Of a stretch of 64,000 nt of DNA, positions 9,528-17,329 are shown in pieces; position 1 is the first letter of the stretch; each line of letters begins with the position of its first letter. The position numbers were made by a program, and so were the translations under genes. This DNA is from Gemmatimonas sp. (lineage in GTDB: Bacteria; Gemmatimonadota; Gemmatimonadetes; Gemmatimonadales; Gemmatimonadaceae). Location of the stretch: positions 18,749-82,748 of the forward strand of contig JANNVQ010000010.1 in assembly GCA_031414535.1 (NCBI GenBank). Reading direction: 5' to 3'. The notes beneath the pieces were generated by a model that searched no databases, had not been told where the DNA came from, and saw only the letters and a list, made by a program, of their open reading frames with translations.

Positions 9528-9700
9528 ATGACGCGGCGCAGCGTCCGAAAAGTCCGTGCGTCGGACGCTGCGCGCTGGATTCTGTCGGCCACTCGTGCAC
9601 TGGCTGTCTTCGCCTGATCGAGGAAATCGCGAATTGGCGGGAGCTCAGCGAAGAAGAACAGTGGCGCGTCGTGCGGGCGCTGGCGACGCGCCGGCGCTAG
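9509..9700 (+). CDS. DUF1289-like small Cys-rich (putative Fe-S) protein; start uncertain
   Basis: SPCVGRC..CTGCLRLIEEIANW. Confidence 0.7.
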   Translation: MRAPDLDDAAQRPKSPCVGRCALDSVGHSCTGCLRLIEEIANWRELSEEEQWRVVRALATRRR

Positions 9701-10128
9701 TCCCCGAGGTGCAGCGTCCAGCGAACCGGAATGTCCGGATCAATTGAGCTCCCCACGGAGCAATACTTCGTCACGGCAAGATCAATCGCGCGCTCGGCGT
9801 GCACCCGCTCGATGCCGGCGCCCTTCATGTGGTACTGGATGTCCACCGAGACGATACGTGATGGCACACCATTCGCCCGCTCGGCCGACACGTCCATCCG
9901 CAACGACTCCAGCGGCGTACGGCGCTTCGCGAGGATCTCCACGATGTCCACGCCCGTGCAGCTCGCGAGCGCGATGCCAACACTGTCCACTGGGCTGGGC
10001 CCCGTTTCGGCGTTGCCGTCCATGCGGATTGTCGGCCCGCCCGACGCGCGTCCGCCGTCGAAGCGTTCGTCCCCAGCCCACGTCACCACCGTCTTGGACG
10101 GTGGCTTGCCCTGCGTCGCTTCTGCCAT
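9697..10128 (-). CDS. OsmC family protein (YhfA-like)
   Basis: GPSP..ALASCTGVD and KYCSV motifs. Confidence 0.85.
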   Translation of the reverse strand: MAEATQGKPPSKTVVTWAGDERFDGGRASGGPTIRMDGNAETGPSPVDSVGIALASCTGVDIVEILAKRRTPLESLRMDVSAERANGVPSRIVSVDIQYHMKGAGIERVHAERAIDLAVTKYCSVGSSIDPDIPVRWTLHLGD

Positions 10129-10140
10129 AAAAACTCCTGA

Positions 10141-11442
10141 CTAGTTGCCCAGCCCTAAGGAGAGCCGGTTGAGCGCGATGCGCCCGTTCGTGATGACCAG
10201 CAGCGGGTCGCGCAGCGATCCCGGCTCGCTCAGCGGGTCCCGCTCGAGGATGATTAAGTCGGCCTCGTATCCTTCAGCAATCCGGCCAGTCGCGTTTCCT
10301 ATCCCGAGCAGTTCTGCGGCGCCGCTTGTGGCCGTCGCCAGCGCGTCCCGCGGCGAGAGACCGAGCGCCGAGAAGCGCATGACTTCGTGGGCGATGCGCG
10401 TCGTGCTCTCGCGGGCGTAGTCGGTGTCCGCGCCAGCCGCGATGCGCACGCCCAAGGCCTGCGCGCGACGAATCACGTCCTCGATGCGCGGCTGCATGTG
10501 CTGGCCACGCAACTCGAGAACCGGATCGTTGTAGTCGCCGCCCGGCGTGGTGAGATCAACAATGGTCGAGAGTGTGGGCACCAGCCACACGTTGCGTTCC
10601 TTCATCAAACGGAGCGTCGAGTCAGAGAGATAGGTGCCGTGTTCGATGCTCTTCACGCCAGCGCGCACCGCGGCGTACGCACCTTCGTCACCGTGCGCGT
10701 GGGCCATCACGGGGATGTTGGACTTGGCCGCCTCTTCCACCACCACGCGAAGCTGTGCTTCGGTGTACGTCTGTTGACGCGGATCAGTATCGGGCAGACC
10801 CGCGCGCTCCGTGCCGCGTGTCTTAATCCAGTTCACGCCGTGCGCTGCATTCACCTGCACGAGGAGTCGCAACTGCTCAGGCGTGCGCACGCCGCCAGCC
10901 AGCGGCGCGAGCCGCGCATCGGCGGTAATGGTCTCACCAAGCTCTGGCGAGACAAACACACCGGTGGCCATCATGTCGGGCAGGATCATGAAGCCGGATT
11001 TCGCGATGTCGCGCAGCGCCACGTCTTGATAGTTGGGCACGCTCGCCGAGCGTACCGTGGTGACGCCTGACTGTAGTGCGCGCCGCGCATCAGCCACCGT
11101 GCGGATGTGCGTGTGCGCATCAATCATCCCCGGAGCCACCCAACGGTTGGCCGCGTCGAGCACGCGTGCCCCCGCCGGCACCGCGCCGTTCACCCGGATG
11201 CTCTCAATCTTCCCGCCGCGAATCACGATCGTCGCGTTGCGCAGGCGCGTGTCGGTCACGCCATCCACCACATTGGCTCGCGTGATGGCGATGAGTTCCT
11301 GCGGCAGCTGTGCCGCGAGGGGCGCCGCAATGGGGGCGGCAACGGGTGCCGCGACAGACGCCACAACAAGAGCGATCAGGGACGGCAGTTTCAACGAATG
11401 CCTCATGGTGTGCCTCATGATGTGTCTCAAGGTGTGCCTCAT
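10141..11442 (-). CDS. Secreted metal-dependent amidohydrolase
   Basis: PGMIDAHTH, AHAHG, SIEHG, GADTD, GYEADLI; signal peptide. Confidence 0.9.
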   Translation of the reverse strand: MRHTLRHIMRHTMRHSLKLPSLIALVVASVAAPVAAPIAAPLAAQLPQELIAITRANVVDGVTDTRLRNATIVIRGGKIESIRVNGAVPAGARVLDAANRWVAPGMIDAHTHIRTVADARRALQSGVTTVRSASVPNYQDVALRDIAKSGFMILPDMMATGVFVSPELGETITADARLAPLAGGVRTPEQLRLLVQVNAAHGVNWIKTRGTERAGLPDTDPRQQTYTEAQLRVVVEEAAKSNIPVMAHAHGDEGAYAAVRAGVKSIEHGTYLSDSTLRLMKERNVWLVPTLSTIVDLTTPGGDYNDPVLELRGQHMQPRIEDVIRRAQALGVRIAAGADTDYARESTTRIAHEVMRFSALGLSPRDALATATSGAAELLGIGNATGRIAEGYEADLIILERDPLSEPGSLRDPLLVITNGRIALNRLSLGLGN

Positions 11443-11771
11443 CCAATTCGGGTTCCGTTCTCCACAGGCTGATCAATCCGCAGCAACACCACATCGGTGG
11501 GGTCCGGCATCCCCCCGAGCACCAAGACCTCGCTTTTGAAGCCCGCGATGCGCCGCTCGCCGAGGTTCACCGCCGCAATCACCTGCCGCCCAACCAGCGC
11601 GTCCGGCGTGTATCGCTTCGTCAGCTGCGCGCTGGAGCGTTTAATCCCTAGTTCCGGTCCGAAGTCGATGGTCAACTTTATGGACGGCTTCCGCGCCTCC
11701 GGAAACGGCTCGGCGGCGAGCACCGTCCCAACGCGCATATCGATGGCGAAGAACTCTTCGGGGGTGGGCAC
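11439..11771 (-). CDS. csaA: CsaA / tRNA-binding OB-fold protein
   Basis: DMRVGTV, FPEARKP, SSAQLT, IAGFKSEVLVLG. Confidence 0.9.
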   Translation of the reverse strand: MPTPEEFFAIDMRVGTVLAAEPFPEARKPSIKLTIDFGPELGIKRSSAQLTKRYTPDALVGRQVIAAVNLGERRIAGFKSEVLVLGGMPDPTDVVLLRIDQPVENGTRIG

Positions 11772-11783
11772 GCGTTAAGGTAC

Positions 11784-11851
11784 ATGACGGATGACGGATG
11801 ACGGAAGAGAACTGCCGTTAGCTTTCAGCCTCCGTCATCCGTCATCCGTCC
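11784..11851. repeat. GACGGAW-heptamer palindromic element, full copy
   Basis: ATGACGGATGACGGATGACGGAAG ... CTCCGTCATCCGTCATCCGTCC between divergent genes. Confidence 0.9.
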
Positions 11852-11859
11852 CCAACAAA

Positions 11860-12183
11860 ATGCCTCAGTACGAAAAGCACGTCTTCGTGTGCACCTCCGG
11901 CAAAACCTGCAAGGCCGCCGACTCCTCCCTCACCTTCGACGCGCTCAAGCACGCTTGCCGCGAGGCGGGAATTGCCCAGCAGGTGCGCGTGAATCACTCC
12001 GGCTGCTTAGGCCAGTGCGGCCACGGGCCGATGGTGGTAGTGTATCCCGACAACGTGTGGTACGAGGGCGTCACAGAAAAGCGGGCCAAGCGCATCTTTG
12101 AGGAGCACCTCGTCGGTGGCGAGACGGTGGAGAAGTACCGCTACGTAGCCCCGCCGGGCGACAACAAGAAGTCGGAGAGCTGA
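11860..12183 (+). CDS. Thioredoxin-like [2Fe-2S] ferredoxin
   Basis: HVFVC..C..SGCLGQC..GP.VVVYPDNVWY. Confidence 0.88.
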   Translation: MPQYEKHVFVCTSGKTCKAADSSLTFDALKHACREAGIAQQVRVNHSGCLGQCGHGPMVVVYPDNVWYEGVTEKRAKRIFEEHLVGGETVEKYRYVAPPGDNKKSES

Positions 12184-12188
12184 GTCGC

Positions 12189-12542
12189 GTGCCGCAAGAC
12201 ATTCAGCATCCCCTCAAAGGGCTCATGGAGCCCTACACTCGCCACATCCTCGTCTGTACGGGTGGGTACTGCGCGAGCGATCGGGGTGGACGAGCCATCT
12301 ACTCACAGTTGGCCCGCCTGCTTGAGCGCGAGGGCCTCTTGTTCGGTCCCACACGCGTGAAGCGTAGCGAGGCGCCTTGCCTCGGCGTGTGCACGGGCGG
12401 CCCCATCGTCGTGGTGTATCCCGAGGGTACCTGGTACGCCGATGTCACGCCGGAACTGCTTGAGCGCATCGTCGTCGAACACCTGAAAGGTGGTCAGGAA
12501 GTCACCCAGGCCGTCTTCCATCGCCTTGCGTCCGAGTCGTAA
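12189..12542 (+). CDS. Second thioredoxin-like [2Fe-2S] ferredoxin
   Basis: HILVC..C..PCLGVC..GPIVVVYPEGTWY. Confidence 0.88.
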   Translation: MPQDIQHPLKGLMEPYTRHILVCTGGYCASDRGGRAIYSQLARLLEREGLLFGPTRVKRSEAPCLGVCTGGPIVVVYPEGTWYADVTPELLERIVVEHLKGGQEVTQAVFHRLASES

Positions 12543-12551
12543 ATTCAAGGC

Positions 12552-12830
12552 ATGGCAATCGACAAGACGGGTGTCCTCTATGAGCGAAAGACCAGCCTCG
12601 GAGCGGTCGTGCGCATCCGGCTTGTGGCCTCAGCCACGGCTGGCTCTATCGCGGCCGTTGTCGAGGTGGACCGTCGCGCCGGTACGCCGCGTGAAGTCGA
12701 GGGTGGGATTCCGCCGGCCTTGATGGCCGTCGAGGGGAATACCGAGGACGCGGTGGTGGCCTCGCTGCTCCCCTTTGCCGAGGACGACGCGGCCATCGCA
12801 CGACTCTTGGCCGCACGCGGCATTCGCTAA
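12552..12830 (+). CDS. Hypothetical protein
   Basis: Clean ORF; TAAATT 6 nt upstream of the ATG. Confidence 0.65.
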   Translation: MAIDKTGVLYERKTSLGAVVRIRLVASATAGSIAAVVEVDRRAGTPREVEGGIPPALMAVEGNTEDAVVASLLPFAEDDAAIARLLAARGIR

Positions 12831-12848
12831 ACGGCGCCGTAGTCCGCG

Positions 12849-13760
12849 CTAGAAGACATCCACCGGATACAGGATGTCCACCCCCGGTGCACCGACCGGG
12901 TTGACGTGCACTTCAATGAACCAACGAAATCGGCTGTATGCCGCTCCGGCAGGCGCTCCGTCGCTCGGCACCTTCACGGTCTTTTCAAAGCGATATACGC
13001 CGTCGTCTCCCGCCTCCTCGGCGAAGTACTCGCCGAGGATTTCTCGTCGTGAAGTCTCGAAATCCTGCCGGGCGTGGGTGTTCTTCCATAGCGCTTGGCA
13101 AATGATGCCAATGCTCACATTCTCGAGGTCGGCGCGCCGACGCATCGGGATGGCCAGTCGGCAGGTGACCTCTGAGCCACGCACCAAGGGCCAGCGGCTG
13201 ACGGCAAGGCTTGGCTGCGCGATGAACCAACGCACAGAGGACACCGCGACGCTCATCGCGAGCAGGCCCACGCCCAAGAGCAGTCCACCCCAGCTATCCA
13301 CGAGCGCAGCGGCCGAGAAGCCCCAGTGCCGTGCATCCAGCACGATTGCAATCACCCAGCCGAGCCAGTACGCACCGGCGACGGTACGCCAAGCGCGAAT
13401 GCGAGTCATATGCACTCCACTCTGGCGCAGCACATACCAGGTACCCGCGCGGCTGGGTGCACGAGGCTTGCGAGCATAGGCTGGCATCACCAAGCCTTCC
13501 AAGACGCCAACCACGAACAATGTGACTGGAAGCGGCAGCGCCCACCACCGCAGGAGTGTATGGTCGGGGGCAGTCTGGCGCACGCTGACGCCAACTAGTT
13601 TGGCAACCCTCTCACAGGCCGGACTATCGAATCCGCGCTGTCCCTGAGTCACGGCGCGGTCAGCTGAGCAATCGTACGCGATTGGTGTGACGCCAATGAA
13701 GAAGACCACGCCAAAGAGCAGCATGGTGATGGCGGACAAACGAAGCGAGGCGGCGAACAT
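12849..13760 (-). CDS. Hypothetical membrane protein
   Basis: About four hydrophobic segments plus a soluble C-terminal region. Confidence 0.55.
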   Translation of the reverse strand: MFAASLRLSAITMLLFGVVFFIGVTPIAYDCSADRAVTQGQRGFDSPACERVAKLVGVSVRQTAPDHTLLRWWALPLPVTLFVVGVLEGLVMPAYARKPRAPSRAGTWYVLRQSGVHMTRIRAWRTVAGAYWLGWVIAIVLDARHWGFSAAALVDSWGGLLLGVGLLAMSVAVSSVRWFIAQPSLAVSRWPLVRGSEVTCRLAIPMRRRADLENVSIGIICQALWKNTHARQDFETSRREILGEYFAEEAGDDGVYRFEKTVKVPSDGAPAGAAYSRFRWFIEVHVNPVGAPGVDILYPVDVF

Positions 13761-13806
13761 CGCTAAACGATGCCGCCGCCTCGCCCGTCCTGCAATCGCC
13801 TGCTAC

Positions 13807-14637
13807 TTAGGCCATCGCTTGCAACTTCGCCACGCGCAGCTCCGTGGCCGGGTGCGTCGAAAACAAAGCCATCATGCCGCCGCCGAGCCCCGAGAGCGGA
13901 TTCGAAATCGCCAACGCCGCCGCGGCAGGCGCCACATCCATCGGAATACGCTTGGCGTAGGACTCGAGCTTCTGCAGCGAGCTCGCCAACGCCAGGGGCT
14001 TGCCGCTGATCTCGGCGCCCACGGCATCGGCCTTGAACTCACGCTGCCGCGAGATGGCCGACTGAATCAGTGCGGCCGCCAACGGAGCCACGAGGAACAT
14101 CACCAAGGCGCCCACCATGTTGGAGTTGCCCTCCTCGTCACGCCCACCGAAAAACAGCGCCATCTGGCCCAGCGAGGAAATCGCGCCGGCCATCGTCGCC
14201 GTGACGGTCTGCAGGAGCATGTCGCGGTTCTTGATATGCGCGAGCTCATGGGCAATCACGCCCTCGAGTTCGTCCTTGTTCACAAGTTTAAGCAAGCCTT
14301 CGGTGACGCAGACAACGGCGTTGTCTTCGTTGCGGCCCGTCGCAAACGCGTTGGGCTGATCGTGCGGCGCAATCGCCAGCGTCGGCATCGGAAGGCCCGC
14401 GCGCTGGCGCAGGCGATCCGTCATCTCGTAGAGCTCAGGTGCCTGCGCGGCCGTCACCACCTGCGCCTTGTACATCTTGAGCACCATCTTCGAGCTGTTC
14501 CAGTACATGAAGACATTCATGCCGCCGGCAAACAGTAGCGCCATCACCAATCCGCTCTGGCCCCCGACGACGCCACCGACCGCACCCAAAAGGGCGGTCA
14601 TGACTGCCATCAATGCGAAGACCTTAACGTTGTTCAT
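13807..14637 (-). CDS. htpX: Zinc metalloprotease HtpX (M48)
   Basis: PNAFATG, HELAH, SRQREFKAD, FSTHP. Confidence 0.95.
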   Translation of the reverse strand: MNNVKVFALMAVMTALLGAVGGVVGGQSGLVMALLFAGGMNVFMYWNSSKMVLKMYKAQVVTAAQAPELYEMTDRLRQRAGLPMPTLAIAPHDQPNAFATGRNEDNAVVCVTEGLLKLVNKDELEGVIAHELAHIKNRDMLLQTVTATMAGAISSLGQMALFFGGRDEEGNSNMVGALVMFLVAPLAAALIQSAISRQREFKADAVGAEISGKPLALASSLQKLESYAKRIPMDVAPAAAALAISNPLSGLGGGMMALFSTHPATELRVAKLQAMA

Positions 14638-14712
14638 CTATTGCTCCACCAAGGGGTTACGGGCACCCTGCCAGGTCGGCAGAGAATCCCGGGACACATG
14701 CATAGTAATCAC

Positions 14713-14727
14713 GCAACCACCGTGCCA
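14713..14727 (-). promoter_or_regulatory. Sigma-54 -24/-12 promoter upstream of htpX
   Basis: Minus strand reads TGGCACGGTGGTTGC (TGGCAC-N5-TTGC). Confidence 0.65.
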
Positions 14728-14803
14728 GTTCACGCTTTCTGCCCCTTACGTGAACGGGGTCCAGTTTGTGGGAGCGTGGAGAGGGAACTAGGTTGCTCGG
14801 ACG

Positions 14804-15124
14804 ATGGCAAACGAATCTGACGCGCGCCGAAAATTTCTCGACGCCGCATCCAAATACCTGCTCGAAGCGCCCAAGAAGGCGGTGCCGGAACCGGCCCCCT
14901 TCGTGCCGCCTCGTCTCACTTTCGCCGCCCTGAAGGAGATCAAAATGTCCCGTGCACGCGACCGCATTCTCGCCAACCTCGAAGAGATGTACACCGAGGC
15001 CTTCCGTCGGGCCAAGGAGAGCGGCGACGAAGCGCAGCAGGCATCACTCGACTTCGCGTATCGTCGCGAGCAGCTCTACTTCGAGATCCTGCTCGACGTG
15101 CGGGATGCAGTAGAAAAGCGATAG
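14804..15124 (+). CDS. Hypothetical protein
   Basis: Helical ORF with host-like codon use. Confidence 0.7.
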   Translation: MANESDARRKFLDAASKYLLEAPKKAVPEPAPFVPPRLTFAALKEIKMSRARDRILANLEEMYTEAFRRAKESGDEAQQASLDFAYRREQLYFEILLDVRDAVEKR

Positions 15125-15177
15125 GACGGAAGACGGATGACGGATGCTGCAAAGTCATCCACCATCCGTCATCAGCC
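15124..15177. repeat. GACGGAW-heptamer element with degenerate right arm
   Basis: GGACGGAAGACGGATGACGGATGC ... CATCCACCATCCGTCATCAGCC between convergent genes. Confidence 0.8.
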
Positions 15178-15179
15178 GC

Positions 15180-17210
15180 CTATCCAATCCTCAGCGTGAG
15201 CCGCAGGGTTCGCCCCGCCTGCGGCAATCCGCACTTGTCGTAGATCGGCGCGTCGAAGGCGTTCTCGAGTTGCAACGCCGCCGATCGGCGACCAAACGCG
15301 CCCTGTCTGGTCCAGCGCCGCTCGAGGCCGAGGTCCAGTGCCTCGGCACCCGCTTGTGACTCAAGCGTGTTCGAGTCTGGGTTGTTGCATCGCGTACCGC
15401 CAACCGAACGCAGACGTGTCTGCGCCTCGAAGCCACGGGTAATGGGCACGATGGCAACGAGCGAACCAAAAATTTCCGGCACGTCCTCGGGAATTCTCAG
15501 GGTCGGCTCGGCGATCGTCCGGTCCGCAATGCGCGCCCTCTGCAGCGTGAGGTCGGCCCGCAGCGATGCGCGGCCCAGCATCATGCCGGCCGTCAGTTCA
15601 ACACCGGAACTCGTGAACTGATCGCGATTCACGCGTTGAAACTGGTTGCTCGGTGAGGTGATCCGCACCACGGCATCATCAATGCGCTGCTGGAAGAGCA
15701 CAGCCTGCACGTCGAACGCCTCTCGGATTAGGCCAAGACCGAGCTCCGCGCTGTGCGCTGATTCCGGACGCAGGGCCGGGTTTGGTTCAAACCGATTGAG
15801 AGCGCCGGAATACAACTCGCGCAGAGCAGGGAAGCGCTGGCGCTCGCTGATGGATGCGTGCATGCGCAGCCCAAGCGTCGGTGCGATCAAGGTCGCGCCA
15901 CCCCGCCACCCAATGCCGTCTTTGCGCCCGAGAGTCGGCCTACCACCCGCCTCCGTTGTTTCCGCGGCATCATGTGAGATGCCCGCGCTGAGCGTGACGA
16001 ACTGCAGGGGCCGCAGATCGAGTTCCGTGGCGAGACTGGAGAGTCGCTGCCGGTACGTAGACGTCGGGGACGCGTTGACCGTCTCGAAGTAGCGCACCCC
16101 AGACTGTGTGTACGCGCCTCGCAGCACGAGCTGCTGACCCAGTTGCTGGTCGAAGGTCATGCGCAGCGTACTCGTGCGGTCTTGGCCGAGTTCCCTGCCA
16201 GACACGGTGGAATAGGTCGCATCCGCGAAGCTATTGATCTCAACCGATCCATCGTTCACGCCGAGCGAGATCTCCGCGTCACCGATGCCAAGTCGGTTGT
16301 GCAGAGCGCCAGTACCTGCAGATATGCCCGCAATGTTTCGCCGCACTTCCGGGTTTCGCCAAAGGCGCGGGCTATTGATGTGCAGTTCGGGCGCCACACC
16401 ACGCGCGCCGTCGGAGATGGTCGCAAAGCCAGAGAGATAGCGTCCCTCCTTCTGTTCGTACCGCAGCCCCGCGAAGGCATCGACCGCACGAGCGTCCGTG
16501 TTAAGTCGCAGTGCGTCGTTGCCGCTCGGCTCATTCACGCCATGGGGGCGGGCGAGGCCAGGCAGGTCCCGCCAACCGGCGCCTACGCGGAACTGCAGTG
16601 AGCTGGTCTCGGAGTGAGTCAGTGCTCCGCCCCAAGTGATTGACGAGCGCGCACCACCGAATTGATCGGCCTGCAACTCTGCGCGTGCCACGCGCGGCGG
16701 CGCCTCGGCTGGATCATGATCGGCCCAGAGCGAGAGCGAGACCACTCCGCCGATGGCATTTGGTCCGGAGAGCAGCGAAGACAATCCGCGCACGTAGTCG
16801 AGTCGCTGCACGCCGGCCATCGGCACGGTGGAGACATCCGCCCGCGCGTCCCATGTCAGGGTGAGCGGAACGCCTTCGAAGAACACGGCCGCTTGGCGCG
16901 ACTCGGAGCCTCGGACCGAAAGCTCCTGCTCCCCGCGCGAGTTCTGACGCACGTAGAGGAAGGGCAGGCGCCGCAGCATCTCGCCCATCGTTGGCGCGGT
17001 GATGCCGAGCGGCATCGAATCCAGCGATACCGATACCGTCGAGGCCGAACCGATGACCCGTGGCGTATAAGCGGCGCGCACGCGGAGCGCCTCCAAAGCC
17101 GACACACTGTCGCGCCGAGTGGCGGAGTCGGGTACCACCTGCGCCCGCAACAGCGCCGTACTCACGAAGAGCGCGGCGACTGCACGGCGGAAAAGGGGTG
17201 GCGTGTTCAC
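15180..17210 (-). CDS. TonB-dependent receptor
   Basis: Signal peptide; plug (SVRG, GPNAIGGVV); NPALRPE; LENAFD..Y; GRTL C-terminal strand. Confidence 0.88.
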   Translation of the reverse strand: MNTPPLFRRAVAALFVSTALLRAQVVPDSATRRDSVSALEALRVRAAYTPRVIGSASTVSVSLDSMPLGITAPTMGEMLRRLPFLYVRQNSRGEQELSVRGSESRQAAVFFEGVPLTLTWDARADVSTVPMAGVQRLDYVRGLSSLLSGPNAIGGVVSLSLWADHDPAEAPPRVARAELQADQFGGARSSITWGGALTHSETSSLQFRVGAGWRDLPGLARPHGVNEPSGNDALRLNTDARAVDAFAGLRYEQKEGRYLSGFATISDGARGVAPELHINSPRLWRNPEVRRNIAGISAGTGALHNRLGIGDAEISLGVNDGSVEINSFADATYSTVSGRELGQDRTSTLRMTFDQQLGQQLVLRGAYTQSGVRYFETVNASPTSTYRQRLSSLATELDLRPLQFVTLSAGISHDAAETTEAGGRPTLGRKDGIGWRGGATLIAPTLGLRMHASISERQRFPALRELYSGALNRFEPNPALRPESAHSAELGLGLIREAFDVQAVLFQQRIDDAVVRITSPSNQFQRVNRDQFTSSGVELTAGMMLGRASLRADLTLQRARIADRTIAEPTLRIPEDVPEIFGSLVAIVPITRGFEAQTRLRSVGGTRCNNPDSNTLESQAGAEALDLGLERRWTRQGAFGRRSAALQLENAFDAPIYDKCGLPQAGRTLRLTLRIG

Positions 17211-17261
17211 AGAAAAATTACGTCGGGTTCAGGTGCATCGTTGGAGAGGTTTGCGCGTTGC

Positions 17262-17305
17262 AAAAACGACGAAGGGGCGCGCCAAGCCAACAGGCGCGCC
17301 CCTTC
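17262..17305 (-). terminator. Intrinsic terminator of the E1 gene
   Basis: 13-bp perfect stem GAAGGGGCGCGCC/GGCGCGCCCCTTC followed by GTCGTTTTT on the minus strand. Confidence 0.7.
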
Positions 17306-17328
17306 CATCATCGGTCTTCTGTCCAAAA
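17302..17328. repeat. GACGGAW-heptamer element, degenerate half copy
   Basis: CTTCCATCATCGGTCTTCTGTCCAAAA; 24/27 reverse complement of 19497-19523. Confidence 0.7.
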
Positions 17329-17329
17329 C

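Noticed and set aside
12849..13760. Horizontally acquired island
   Set aside because: Composition looks slightly atypical, but no mobility gene, att site or flanking repeat was found and no GC computation was possible.
17211..17270. Riboswitch or Fur box upstream of the TonB receptor
   Set aside because: The gap is short and has no aptamer motifs or convincing box; substrate unassigned.
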